DNA of 63,473 nt, filler included, from Collodictyon triciliatum (lineage: Eukaryota): NCBI GenBank assembly GCA_043381765.1. It is 4 parts of 4 records of this genome, joined end to end, with 100 filler letters (N's around TTAATTAATTAA, not from the genome) between each part and the next. Parts side by side here need not be neighbours in the genome. Positions count along the whole stretch, not along the records: positions 1 to 22,044 come from JBHJMP010001520.1; 3 more parts are not named here. One strand, written 5' to 3'. Shown here piece after piece: positions 1-13,455 of the stretch (its first letter is position 1; every line of letters starts with the position of its first letter). Below the pieces are notes generated by a model that was not told the origin of the DNA, did not search any database, and was given only the letters and a program-made list of their open reading frames with translations. The position numbers and the translations under genes are program-made.

Positions 1-140
1 AAAAAAAAAACAAAAAACAAAAAACAAAAAACAAAAAACAAAAAACAAAAAAACAAAAAAACAAAAAAACAAAAAAACAAAAAAACAAAAAACAAAAAAC
101 AAAAAACAAAAAAGGTAACAAAAATAAAACAAAAACAAAC
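1..140. repeat. (CAAAAAA)n-type A-rich repeat at window start
   Basis: Seen directly. Confidence 0.9.
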
Positions 141-488
141 CTGGAAGAAAAAAAGGAAGAAAAAGCACTCGCTCTTTAACGAGCACGCGAAACCTGCGAT
201 CTGAATCCGCGCGCACTGTGCACTCCACCTTTGCACGGACACGATCGGGGAAAAAGCCAGAGTCAAATCTCAGCTTTTGGAGTGGATATTCACGTCCTTT
301 TTTTCCTGTTTGCCTCGTCTTGGGCTGTTGATCACGCACTTGACCCACTCCCGTTCCAACTATCTTTCATACTAGAGTAATATGCAAGTGAGAAAAAAAA
401 AGAAAAAAAAAGAGAGAGATAAAAACACAATTCCGTTTTTTTAATTCTGCCCATGAACATGCAGTCAAGTTCTTGGCCTCTGGAGACC

Positions 489-3400
489 ATGTCCACCCAG
501 CAAGTTGCTGTTGATAAAGCAGAGTCCGATGCGGTTTTTAATCGCTTGAAGCTCAAAGCAGAGAATAAGGTTTCCAATAATCATATGATCCTTACGTATT
601 CATCCCTGTATATGACGACTTTATGAAATGTTCGTGTTGGCGGTTTCATTTAGCCTTTTGAAAGAAAAAAAAGCCTTAGCGCATGTAAATACTGTATTCA
701 GTGCAAACACCTATCCTATATGTAAAATCTTACAGCGTGCTGTTGCCAAGTAATTATGCTACACGACTATAGATAAGTAATATTACACAAATCCTCTCCC
801 ATGAAATAAATTAACATGTTCGTAGGTTTGCTTCGACTGTAATGCAAAGAATCCGACATGGACCTCCGTGACCTACGGAATCTTTATTTGCCTGGACTGT
901 TCCGCTGTTCATCGTTCGATGGGTGTTCACAAAACATTTGTTCGGTAATGTACATGCGAGAAGAATACTCAAAAAAACAGAGTGCTTACTTCTCACACGT
1001 TTTATATTCTTTTTCACCACGAGATTTGTAACAAAAAAAAGGACAAAAGGAAAATATATGGCATATTTACTATCCGTCTAGAAAACTCATATTATACAAA
1101 CTTCAAATATGATGCTTGCTGCGCAACCACGGTACACATACCCATTTTTTTATACACATTTCTTTCTATAGATCGACTTCTCTTGACACTTGGTATCGCC
1201 ATCAAATCTCAAGAATGCTAGCTGGTGGAAACGCAAAAGCTGCCGAGTTTTTCCGCAGACATGGCGCCAGCGATTTCTCAAAGGTCGATGCAAAATATAA
1301 CACGCGAGCAGCAGAGATGTACCGCGAGCAACTCGACCGCCTAGCGCGACAGGAAGAGACAAAGTATGTACTCAGATTCCAAGTTATAAATCATTATTAT
1401 CGATTGGAAACAATATATCATCAGTCTTTCAACAAGGTGATTTGAACTGGCCATCCATACAACTATCTTGTGCCACAGAGGCATCCTATGCATGCGCCTT
1501 TAATTAAAAAAACATTTTTCATTCAATAATCTTGCAATTCAACATTATACTCGACTAATATATATATATATATTTAAAAAACCAGGCAAGGCAAAGGAGC
1601 ATCTTCTGCTGAGCAGGACGCCCCATCAAAGGCCGAGCCAGATGATTTCTTTGAGACAGCGCTCTCTGGAACATCATCAAAGCCATCAGGATTAACAGCA
1701 TCTATGATTTCTCCAAAGGTTGCCCCTGCCGTTACCTCGGCAAGCCCAATCATCCAAAAGGCATCTGCTCCGCCAGTTACTGTATCGTCGTCAAAAGCTG
1801 CCGCGCAGCCGGTTGAAGAGGAGCCAGAGTCAGACCCATTTGCGCAATTTTCCTCTGCTGTTTCTATCTCTTCATCAGCTAGTGAGCCCACACAGGACGC
1901 TTCATCATCTGTGGGTTCATGAATCATTATCATTATCATTATCATTATCATTATCATTATCATTATCATTATCATTATCATTATCATTATCATTATCATT
2001 ATCATTATCATTATCATTATCATTATCATTATCATAATCATAATCATTATCATTATCATTATCATTATCATAATCATAATCATAATCATAATCATAATCA
2101 TAATCATAATCATAATCAGCTCATTCTGTCACTATCGATAGTACAATTTTGCGTGTACGTTTCTTGTAATGCTATGTTTTTTTTTTTCATCGCATACTTA
2201 CCTCTGCTTCTTTTTTTTCTTTTTCTTTTCTTTTTTGCAGGCGGCCAAAAAGTCATTCGTTCCGAAGAAAAAAGGACCAGGACTCGGCGCCAAGAAAATC
2301 TCTACAAACTTTGAAGACATTAAGCCTGCTACAGTCGCAGAGCCTACACCGCAACCCCCTCAACAAAGCGCATTTGGCCGTTCGAGGTAGCTCTTTTTCT
2401 TATATCGGAATATCTTATCTTGACGATTCCTTACATCCCATATCCAAAATACACTTAATTCCATTTGAACTGACAGTTCGGCAAATCTCCGTTTATGTCA
2501 TCTTGTTGCGTATCCCTTCATCCAATCTTTAAAATTATGATTTTACCCTGTCTCATGTCCTTGAAATGACCAGCGATGCAAACTTTATTGTGGAGCCATC
2601 TCCTGGTTCTTTGCTTGCTCGCGCTTATCAAGATTCAATAGAAAGTGAGACCGGAAAGAAATCATCATCCTCTAGGTTAGTATGCGCTCAAATAAACATG
2701 GCAGCATCAACGTTTCGAATATGTTTTGCTTCTCCAACACTAACATATCTATAAGACAACATATATTGTAATTTTTAGACACATACTTTTCAGAGTTACC
2801 CTATCGTTTTTTTCTTTTCCTTAAAAAAACCAAAGAAAGATAAATTCCATGAATGTAATTAGCCTTCAAGACGGACAATCCTCGTCCACTTCGCGGAATC
2901 AAATACCAGGTCGAGGAAAGACAGGTACTATTTCGTAGTTTAACGCTGCATCATCGATTTTCTTCGAGCACAAATCAACTAAAAACTCCTTCGCTCGCTC
3001 ATTTGTACCTATTTCATATGCAACGTATTTATATACAAAAGTGATGGTAAAGAAGATGGCATATAAAAGGCCCGGGACAACATAAATTGATTCACACTTG
3101 TTGACCCTTCTCTGAACACCACATTCCTTCCAATAGCGCAAAGTTCCCAGTCATACGAGCGGGATTCAACTCTGGAGAAATATGCAAATGCAAAAGCCAT
3201 ATCGTCAGATATGTTTTACTCTAGTGACAACACCAGCGACCAGTTTCCAAACCAAATGGACTCCTATAAGTGACCCATTTTTTCTTCATCTGAGGCCATA
3301 TCGTGTTCTGATTATTATCATTATAAGTATTTAACAGTATGTAACCCTCAGACATTTCTATTCTATCTCACTTCATGCAATAAAATAAGCGGAAATGAAA

Positions 3401-3815
3401 TGATTTGTTTATGTAAAAATCCAACCCGGGATTCATAGATTTTCTGGATCGTCGGCCATTTCAAGCGACCAATACTTTGGCCGAGAATCGTCGTCCTCTG
3501 GTGAGAGTTGTATCAATAAACATTCATATTCGTGTAGACGGCATGGAGCACTCTGTTGAACATGTGATTACTCTCCAGGTGGCTCTGCTGGGTTCAGTGG
3601 CTTCTCTGATGCTTATGGAACCGATCTTGAGCAAGTTCAGCAATACATCACAGAGGGGTCTCGGAAGGTGCCAATGAATACCAAAAAAAATAAATAAATC
3701 ATTTTTTTATTATCATCAGTCAAAATCAAGATAACATTGCTCACACACATTACTCTCACAGATTATTGACAAGACAACAGACTTCATCTCCGAATTGACC
3801 AGTAGATACAGTTAG
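489..3815 (+). CDS. ARFGAP2/3: ArfGAP2/3 (Glo3-type) ADP-ribosylation factor GTPase-activating protein, multi-exon
   Basis: Spliced translation gives [74 protein letters not shown]...MLAGGNAKA, the ArfGAP CxxCx16CxxC zinc finger with its catalytic Arg. It also has [12 protein letters not shown] and two Glo3 motifs (AKAISSDMF ~3190, [10 protein letters not shown] ~3455). Introns are GT-AG; stop TAG at 3813-3815. Confidence 0.93.
1924..2118. repeat. (CATTAT)n/(CATAAT)n intronic microsatellite
   Basis: Seen directly, inside an ArfGAP intron. Confidence 0.97.
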
Positions 3816-4288
3816 ACCGATTGAAACAAAAGCACAAACAGCAATGCGGAGAGCCGCGCATCAATAAACTTTTTTCTCTCTATTCATTCACCATTGCGCA
3901 TTCCTCTATCTCCACAACTTATCCGCGTTTATCTCTGGGATGTGCACTCACTCGTGGTGTTCTAGGTCGAAGCAAATAATAATATTTTTGTATATAAAAG
4001 CTATCATTTACCTCTGTATCAAAGAGAAGTAGCCAAAGAAAAGCAGAAATAGCCCCAAGAAACGATAAAGTGATGGAAAGAGCACGTAAGGAACTTGGCA
4101 GGTTCGGACTGACCAAACTTCTTTTTTGAGTCCACATGATAATGCATAACACGGCAAAGTTTATTAGTTTTCATCGTTTGTATATCGCAGCCGCCGAAAG
4201 AAACCCCCACAGATCGACGCGTATATGTTCATGAGCGCGTGACGGGATTAACAAGATTCTTCAGGACTCGAGCACAGGAGACTTTTAG

Positions 4289-7200
4289 TTACAAGGTAGT
4301 GAAAGCTGTTGATTGTCGATTGGAAAGGACACGCCGAAGTTCTATTTTCTCGCGTAATAGTTGCTGCAGTGATTGGATGAGGTTGTATTGGCGCTCCAAG
4401 ATTTGTGGGTTTGGGTGTTGCTCCCTGTAAAGCAATTATTTCAATCATAAAAAAAAATTAACAAAATGAACAAAAATAAAAAACGAATAAAACAAATCTC
4501 ATAACAAATACTGAGATGAAAGAGTAAAAAGATTAGTAAAACGTGTCAATTTCATAAGATTGCCAATTCTCTGTTTTTTTTTTCCTGTTCTTTTGTACTA
4601 TGCGTAATAAAGTCGAAAACTTGCATCTTTGAAAGAGACTCTTCAATGCTTTTTAGTTCACGGAGGATAGAATCGAGTCTGGTTTCATCAGATGAGCGGT
4701 CGCGCTCCAGCTGCAAAATTATGTTTTCTTCTCGCAGTTTGCAGAGTTCGCTCTGGGCTATAGTATAAGGTTTTGTATAAGCTTTGATCGGGAGTTGTTC
4801 GATTGATTAAGAATCAAGAACAGTATGCTGCATCATATTTGATTATATCATCATCTCATTTGGCCAGACAAGGTAAGGATGGTCTGTTAGAAACAAATCT
4901 AAAGCCTCTGCATACAACTCCTCCTTATAATAAAATATTAATATGAACCCTTTTCCAATTGGCGGGCATTATCCGAGAGGACGGATTGCATGTGTATCAA
5001 GAATCGGTCACAGGTGGATGACATGTCTGTTGAATTGCATTTGAATTGTTTGGGATAATGGACTAAAGGAATGACATATAAAGGATACTGGGATAATCAG
5101 AAATGATATCGCTTTTTTCCCTTTATTCGATTCAAAGTGAAATGACAACACTTTAAACATTCCGTCCAGAAAATAAAAATCAATAGGAAGAGAAAATTAT
5201 ACCGATGAGCTCTGTGGCACTGTCCCACCTCTTAGAGGAATATGAAGAGGAATTTGTAGGACTATTGTATGATGCAAATTCTTGTCGATGTTGTGTAAAA
5301 TGGCCAAAGGTTGGAATATTATGCGCTCTCAAGAGATTAAAATAGAATAAAATAGAATAAAATAGAATAAAATAGAATAAAATAGAATAAAATAGAATAA
5401 AATAGAATAAAATAGAATAAAATAGAATAAAATAGAATAAAATAGAATACAATAGAATACAATAGAATACAATAGAATACAATAGAATACAATAGAATAC
5501 AATAGAATACAATAGAATAAAAATAGAATACAATAGAATAAAAATAGATCAGAACATACATTAGCTCAACGGTTTGCTTCTTTGATTCCTGCACAATACG
5601 GATGAGGGAGAGATGTTCGATCTCTAGTTTACGATATTCTCGTGTTCGCTCTTCGAGTCTATATAAGTTAATAATATTAAGCTGTTTTAAAAAAAGAACT
5701 AAATGCAAAGGCGACAAAAAGCATGCACCAGTATTCAACACCGTAGTGCATTAGTTTTCCCCCTTATCGGCTATTAGTAAGTTGAAAAATGAGATTACTC
5801 CATAAATAACCGAGATTTTTTATCTTCGGCTTCTTTTCTATAATCAATCATTTCATCCCTCTCGCTCCCGATGTCATCCAAATGCCGTTGCAGTATTTTG
5901 TAATTTTCTTCAAAATCAGAGAGAAAGGCACGAATCATTTGCGAGTTTCTTCCTGACATGTTGAACGTATGCATTCATTAGCTACATGGCGCCTATATGT
6001 TTTTTTTTTCCATAATATATTTTAAAATCAAGTCAAGCCAAGTAAAATAAGATAAAACAACCTTCACGAGAAGATGACAGCGATTTGACAGAATCCTCAA
6101 AAGTTCGAAGATTTCGTTTCACTTCGATTAGAGCTGACTCCTGTGCAAATTTCGATGAATTATATTATAGAACAAAAAAAAATATCATGAGATTAAAGAG
6201 ACCCATTGTACATATAGTTCTTTAATCTTGAATCTTGATAATGCGGATATGTATGAAAGATCGATGCCTCACGATATCACTAAGAAGAGATGACCTCTTG
6301 GCGGTCATTCTGGACAGAAAGTCCTATAATTTGCGATCAGTTTTATTTTTAAACGAAAAATATACAATCAGATCTAAAATTACGATACAAGAATGAGAAT
6401 TAAGTACCGCAAGTTTCTGAATTTGAGTCTCAACAATTCCTCGAGTCGACCTATTTCCAGCGAAAAGGATTATTCAAAAGAAGGCATACCAAACCAAATT
6501 AAGAGCAGCCGAACTGATTTAAATGAATAAGCTGAATAAATACGATATAAGTGACTCTAGGGAGTGCGTATGTGTGGCTGAGAGGAGTCCTTCGATTGTT
6601 GCCCGGAACGATATAAAGTCTAAATCGAAAGCAGCCGATCTTTTGGTTAGCTTTGATAAATTTTCAGAGGTCGTGAATCCGTGGTGGGGTGAATATCCGA
6701 TGGCCCCAAAGCTTGAATCTAAAGCTCTGACAGGGGTGTTTGTGGAAGAACCATAAATCTGAGAATATTTTCCTAGGTCGAGTTCATCTACCAAGTTCCG
6801 AGCTGCATGGAAATCGGGAGTCGAACCAAATGATAAATTCGTGTTCGTTTGCGGCACTTTTTCTGGCGTCTGAACATGATTGGTTGCTTGGTGAGTAAAG
6901 TTGTTGCAGTGATTGAATCGAACGTCACATGGAAATAGGGTATTCAAGTGCGCTTACGCTAAAGTTGACACTGTGGTCGGTGCTTCCGTCTAGTAAATGA
7001 GTTGAATGGTTTGATGTCACAGTTGCGTTACCATCGCGCACCAGACTCACGTCGGGGAGTAATCTCTCCATTTTTTGCAACTGCGATAGCAACTGAGTCT
7101 CTTGCTCCTCTGTTTTCTAGAATGAAAGGGATTATGGACTTCGAATAGCTAATTTGATGTGTTTTGGTAGTTGAGAAGCTTATATTGAATATGAAGCTAC

Positions 7201-10200
7201 ACTATTGCTGACAATATATGTTTAGAATAAGGTATTTTTAAAAGAGAACAAGAGAAAAATACACAATTTCAACTAGAAAAAAAAAAGAAAAGAAGGCATA
7301 TGAATCTTAGGGACAGTAGGATATATACATTTTCCAGTTCACGTGTTTTCTTCAGATATTTACATAGCTCTCTCTTGAGATATTCAATTCTCACTTGATG
7401 TATGTTTCTGAAATCATTCCTACAAATTGGTATGGATAGAAAAATCATATGAGGATTGCATGAGCACATAAGTAATCTTTCCTCTTCCTGTTTGATATTT
7501 AAAGCAAAGTATGGCTATTTGAATCATGCAACTACAGTGACTATGCTGGAATAAAATTGTGATGAAATTAACTGGGCATATGCATATTCATCTATTCTCA
7601 GTAGCTCGTCATCAATTTTAGACATTATTTCGGGTTCTGTCAATTCCCTCTGCGTGCTGCTTGAAAAGGAATCACTTTTCTCCTGAGAGTCATCGCTGTC
7701 ATCCTGACTTCTCTTCAAATGAACCGTTTCTATTCAAAAACTACTGTCAATATTGGTAAATCTAAAGCACTGAAATTAGCTGCTATCATTCAGACGTTTC
7801 ATTACGTATAATATCCCGAATACTTGAGAGTTCAGTCATAAGTTGGGCTCTGAGTTTTTTCTCTTCAAAAAATTGTTGGCGAATGGAGATTAGATCATTA
7901 ATAGCAGAATATTCGTGTTCCGTGGCCTGGATTGATAAGTGAAAGATATGAGATTAGAATTAAAGGTTTTCTTTCATCTTTGAATTTAATGAATGTTCGT
8001 CTCTAGAAAAATAAAACAAACAGAGAGCGCAGTGAATTTCAAGGATTATGGTCGGACATAAGCATATTTTCGTAATTTACACCTTTAAAAAGGAGTCAAA
8101 AAGTTCTTGCATTCTCTGTAGTTGTATCTCCAAGTCTATTTTCTCTGTCAAAATTTTATGATGGCGATGTTCAAGGACTGAGTTTTCGGCCTTGAGGATG
8201 TGTATTTGAGCCCCAAGTCTTGTGCTGATATTTTGTTTGTTGTTTCATTTATACATAATCTGCAAAGAAATCGATATGGAAAATATAGACTTTTCACTTT
8301 CATTTACTTGACGGTGGAGAGCTCATATCCGGAATATTTCAATATTTATTTGGAATAGTACCTGTCAGCGTCTGATCGTTGCAGCTCCCGGACGGATGAA
8401 TCCATAGCATCGCGGATAGAAACAGCCTCTTTTAGGTCATTCTGACACTATGATTAATCTAGGTGAATATCCAAGCAGGCGGAAACATTTACACGCACGG
8501 TTTATCCCAGTGCAGGAATAGCCGGTATGAATATTTGAAAACCTTTGTGAGCAGCTTTTGAAGTCTGTCATTTTCTCGAAGAAGTTCGGTGGAATCTAAG
8601 ATTTAAGATACTCTTAATAATAGCGTAGTAACATATCCATATTTTTCAGTGATAAACTGACTAATTGAAGTTATGAAGCAATTCAAGGATATTCAACCGG
8701 TTTTTACCTGATGTTGAGGGTGTAATGAGATATTCTGTTCCATTTATTTTTCTTTGCTGCTCCAGTAACCGGATTAGTTTATTTACATCTTCCTGGATTT
8801 GTGTGTTGGTATCCTAGTGTGTCATTAAACTAAGTTCAACCAGTTATTGGTGATATACTCTATATTAACAGCAATTTAAAGGGTATCAACGTAGCATTTG
8901 TTGAATTTTTTTCGACAAAGAACCTCGCATCGCCTTCGGATTTTGGCCTCATCTTCTAATCGGATAGTCAATCTGTCTTTTTCCCTTGCAAGCAACTTCA
9001 CCTCCTTTGGTTATGTAGGTGTTATACTCTTTTCTTCTTCTTTTTTGGTTATGTAAGTGTTATCTTAAAAATATATCAACGATACTTTCTCATAAAAAAA
9101 ACTTCAAAAAAAAAAAACATACGTCATTTACTACCGCTCGAAGCTTTGTATCGTTTTCCGTCAGTGATTGAATAAGCGTATGTAGTTGATATGAATGCGG
9201 ATTTGAATCTGTGAGCGAGCGAACCTCCTTGATTAGCTCGCGTTCAAGAAGGAGTTTATTTTCTAATAAAATCTCTTTTTGTGTCATTTCATTCAGTAAT
9301 CTCTGTTGTAAAAACTGATTCTGAATTTGAATGTCATGAAGAAGTTCGACGGGGTTTTCTCTGTAATGGACTTCTTTGGCCTCATCGTCACTATCTGGGG
9401 AATTCTTTCGCGCTCTAGATTTCTCTCTTTTTAATGGAAGTCTCGAAAGGTCGAGAATCCCTGCGTCAAACAAAAGGTTGTAATCAACATCATTATAAGA
9501 AAGTCGCTCTAAAGCATCTCGTCTGCTACGTTCTCTGACATGCAATCGATCAATCTCGGATGATAGGTACATGGTGTAAGACAACTGGTCATCGACAATC
9601 TTCTGAAGAATCGACAACTGCTGTTGTGTGTCTGAATCTCGCTGCATTACCGAAATAACCGATCGAACCTCTTGTGATTTCGTGGATGTTTGGTCGAGAA
9701 ATTTTCCTTATTGGAGATTTTAAAGTGAGTCGATATTTCTGATCAAAATTACTCTAAGAATAGAGAAAAGAGATAAGTTAGAAGTTAATAGAGAAAAGAG
9801 AAAAATGAAAAGAGAAAAATGAAAAGAGAAAAATGAAAAGAGAAAAATGAAAAGAGAAAAATGAAAAGAGAAAAATGAAAAGAGAAAAATGAAAAGAGAA
9901 TAAGGAAATATAGATAAGAGAATAATGAAGGAGATCTTATGTTATGCCATTGTATTATTTCAACTTATTTTCATCGGACTGTAAAGTAATCAAGATATTA
10001 AACTGAATTCATGTGCCATACATATACACACACGCACGAAGAAAAAAAAATCTCCGCTCGAACTAAAGCAAGATATGGAGCCGCATTCAACTTCTGGTGA
10101 TTTGCTTAGAATGATGTTTTGAAATAAACCTGCGCTAATGGCTGTGGCTGCATTTTTCCTAAGAAAGCCTCTTGAAGGAGAAACAATGGCTTTACCTGAG

Positions 10201-12629
10201 GGAGCACTTTCGCCAATACACTTAAAAATATGTGTAAGTTGCTCAGAAAGATTTCCTCGTATGACAGAGACCTACAATAACGACATAATAATAAAAAAAT
10301 ATAATATAACCAAGTTTTTGTTCAGTATTAATTGCGAGCAAAGGATCGAACCATCGCTTCTTTTTTTCTTTTTTTTTTTCGTCTTCACAGGTTGGCAAAC
10401 CTTTTGAGCAGCTTCGTTGGATAAAGTGCTAGATATTTCGTTTAGTTCATTCAATAATCCATGGATTGTCGAGCTTTTACTCAGTGCTACAATGTTTGTT
10501 GATTCATGCAAAACTCTCCATTCCTAGATGTTGTTGATATAAAGTATTGCTAAGTGATTGATTAGGGGTTTTAATTACATATGTTAATGCATCATGATTA
10601 CACATACTTCTTTATTTTCCACCTTAGATAAATTACCTCAAGTTCCAGTTGCACCGCTTGCATTTGCTGGAATATAGTGTCCCTTTCATTCTTTAGCTCT
10701 GTCTATAAAGTGTGCAGGTTTTGGAAACCATTAGCATTATTTTAACACTCCAGGTATGGATATCTCACTTAGATTAACTTTTTTTTCTGTAAAAAAAAGA
10801 AGAAGGAAGCGTATATGTCGAACCTTTTCTATTGAATCTGATTTTATTCGAGATTCAGCCAACGAGATTGCCTTCTCTAATTGCTCTAGCTTTGTAGAAT
10901 ACATTTCATGTAAGTTGTTCCTCAATGTACGCTCCGAAGCGAGCTTTTGGCGAAGATTATCCAGTAGGCCGTCGTAGTGAGAGCGAATCTCATACTAAGC
11001 ATAAGTGTTTTTTTTCTTCTCGTTTCAGGACACCAAATAAATTTGTAAAGAATACTCATTACGCCAGAAACATGATTTGTCATCGATTGTAAAGTTTTGT
11101 CACCTATAAGGATAAAACAAGTGAAAAGCCAATTAGAAAAGAAGTTGGTTTACCTGTTTCGTCAAAAGAGAGTTTCGAGCGCGGACTCGTGGAGGAGCGG
11201 TATCAAGAGTTTGAGCGAACCCGTCCTTCTTCAGTAGCAGTGTGCTGACTCGCTTCGACAAACGAGCATAGGTTGGAGGAGGCTGCATGTGCTCTACTAA
11301 ATCGTAAGGCGTGGACCTGTTTGAGTCGTAACTCATGATTGTAGGAGAGACAGAAGCCAGAGCTTTCGGAGATGGTTTGTTGGATAGAGCAAAAGGTGCT
11401 TGACTTATTGGTGTGTTGGATAATGGTGATGTCGAGGTTGAAGTTGATGTGTGCGCAGGTGTTTTAACTTGAACGATGATGCTATCGATCGATTTTAGTC
11501 TCTGTTTCGTTTGCTTTGCATCAACTTCATCCTGTTGTATATCCCATCTTAGAGTCTCAGCCACATCCCCGTTCTCAATCAAAGGAAGAGCGAAAATGCG
11601 GTTCGTGGAGTTCGAATTATGACGGGGAATGAGTTTCTCATTCTCATCAGATCCAAAGGATGGCTTATTGCATTTTAAATCTATAACAACGTGCGAAACC
11701 ATTTTAGCTCCGGTTTCATCGGCAATGAGTGATTTTGGTTCTGGATTCATTACTGGCTCATCTTTTTTGGATGCTTCAGCTTCTAATATGTGCGGTGGAA
11801 CATCAGCATCCAAGTCCAGGTCAATGCTAATAGCTGAATTTGCATCAGACTCTGAACTGGAGTGTGCGACAGGTTCGAGGTCGTCGGCCTTGTGTAGGTG
11901 TGTCTGTGTTGATGTTGGCTCTTGCACAATAGGAAAGGCTTGAGAAGTTGGGGTTGAATTATGTGGTGGTGCAACTTGCTGTGTAATCATTTGCAAGGTC
12001 GATTGCACACTTGTGGGAAGATGTTGATGGTTTTGTTGATGATTTTGTTGATGATTTTGTTGATGATTTTGTTGATGGTTTTGTTGATGGTTTTGTTGAT
12101 GATTTTGTGTAGCAACTGTATTGCCCTGTGGCTGGGCAAGCGTGGTAGGTTGCCATATGGGATAGGACGTAGTCGATGGGAAGGCTGGGATGCCTGGCGA
12201 GAAGCGGAAAGGTGATGTGCCTGCTTGTAAGGGTTGGTATTGCATCTGACTGTGTGTTTGTGAAGCCGAAAAGAAGCGAGGTGGTTGGTTCTGTGCTTGG
12301 AAGAGTGGCGAGAATGTTTGCGACGGAGCGTAAGGTGGAGCTGCAGTGGAGGGCAAGGGAGAAGGCAGAAAAGAGGCGAAAGATGGAGAGTGTAAAGTGC
12401 TTTGGCGGTCGTGGGCAGAGGCCGAGACAGGGGCAGAGCCTGCAATGGGGAGCGAAGAAGCAGAGTATGAGCGCTGCATCGTGAGTTTCTGCTGGGGGGT
12501 TGTGTTGGAGGCAGGGATCGGGCTGTGTGGACTGAGTGGGTTCTGAGACGGGCGGAATGAATGCGACGCGCCGGCCCTCGAGTGGAAGGGCGAGTAAGGA
12601 TGTGCGCCTCCTGGGTTGATCGAATGCAT
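4289..12629 (-). CDS. Large multi-exon protein with low-complexity P/S/Q-rich N-terminus and coiled-coil C-terminal half; function unknown
   Basis: The first exon is a 498-aa ORF (11133-12629) with NHQQ repeats. It is followed by many GT-AG-bounded minus-strand exons rich in E/K/L/Q heptads (e.g. 9123-9706, 10803-10992, 5560-5660). The last exon reads ...QILERQYNLIQSLQQLLREKIELRRVLSNRQSTAFTTL*. The exact exon chain is not fully verified and this could be more than one gene. Confidence 0.6.
5107..5138 (-). mobile_element. Micro-insertion copy 1: ACTTTGAATCGAATAAAG + GGAAAAAA..., flanked by direct repeat
   Basis: Core at 5121-5138; GAAATGA repeated at 5100-5106 and 5139-5145; intronic. Confidence 0.6.
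5339..5547. repeat. (AATAGAATAA)n grading into (AATAGAATAC)n, intronic
   Basis: Seen directly. Confidence 0.96.
9790..9900. repeat. (GAAAAGAGAAAAAT)n 14-mer minisatellite, intronic
   Basis: Seen directly. Confidence 0.93.
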
Positions 12630-13455
12630 CGTTGCTCCTTTGGGGTTGTTTTGGTTTAGTGACCCGCTTCTTTGTTCTCGCTTTGTTTTTGTTTTTTGAA
12701 TATATTTTTTTTGTTTTGTTTCTCTCTGTTTTGGGTTTTCTTGTCTGTGTGTCTGGGCACGAGAGGAAGCAGAGGTTAGATAAGGGTGTTTGGTGGTTTA
12801 TTATCTGGTTGAAACCATGGCCGGCACGATTCAGAGAGCCACAGACTCTGCCTTACATCCAGCGTTGTTGGCGACTGTGTCCTCGGTGCTTTCTGCTGCC
12901 GTACCGTTGCTTTAGAAGCCAATGCTGCGCCTTAACCAGCGCGTTCGAAACATCCTCGGTGATTGCATAATCGATGATGTCCGTCGTCTCAAGGAGGATG
13001 TAAGAAAACAACGTCGTTACAAACACACAGTATTCTTCATCATCTACAGAGGAGTAACCACGATTCCTACCTATTTTTCATTGGTAAGTGAAAAAATTGG
13101 AAAAAAAAAGAGATTTTATTCATTAAAAATGCATCGATTATCTCTGAAGGAAAACAAGAAAAAGATATAAAATATCAAAGCTTACGCCCAGTTCATAGAA
13201 TATAACAAATGGAGAAATAAATAAATATGGTAAGGACATCGAATATAGGAATTACATATCTTACCCAAGTCAAAATGGGATGTTAGAATTTTGCCTACAA
13301 TATCGTACTCCCAATAACCATCCCCTTTTGATTATAGGAGGTGATAATTAATTCAAAAGGGATATTTGCTCTGTTTTTTTTTTGTTTTTTTTGGCATTAA
13401 TGATAGAAAAAACAGCACAACCCTCATGAAATACATTATGGATGCAAGGGGAAAA

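Noticed and set aside
1574-2314. Repeat-derived ORFs (MIMIMI, YHYHYH, and similar at 5180-5741, 19165-19776, 42025-42318, 56142-56719)
   Set aside because: They are translations of microsatellites or N gaps.
12817-13170. Short plus-strand ORFs divergent from the coiled-coil gene
   Set aside because: There is no recognisable motif and no convincing exon chain.
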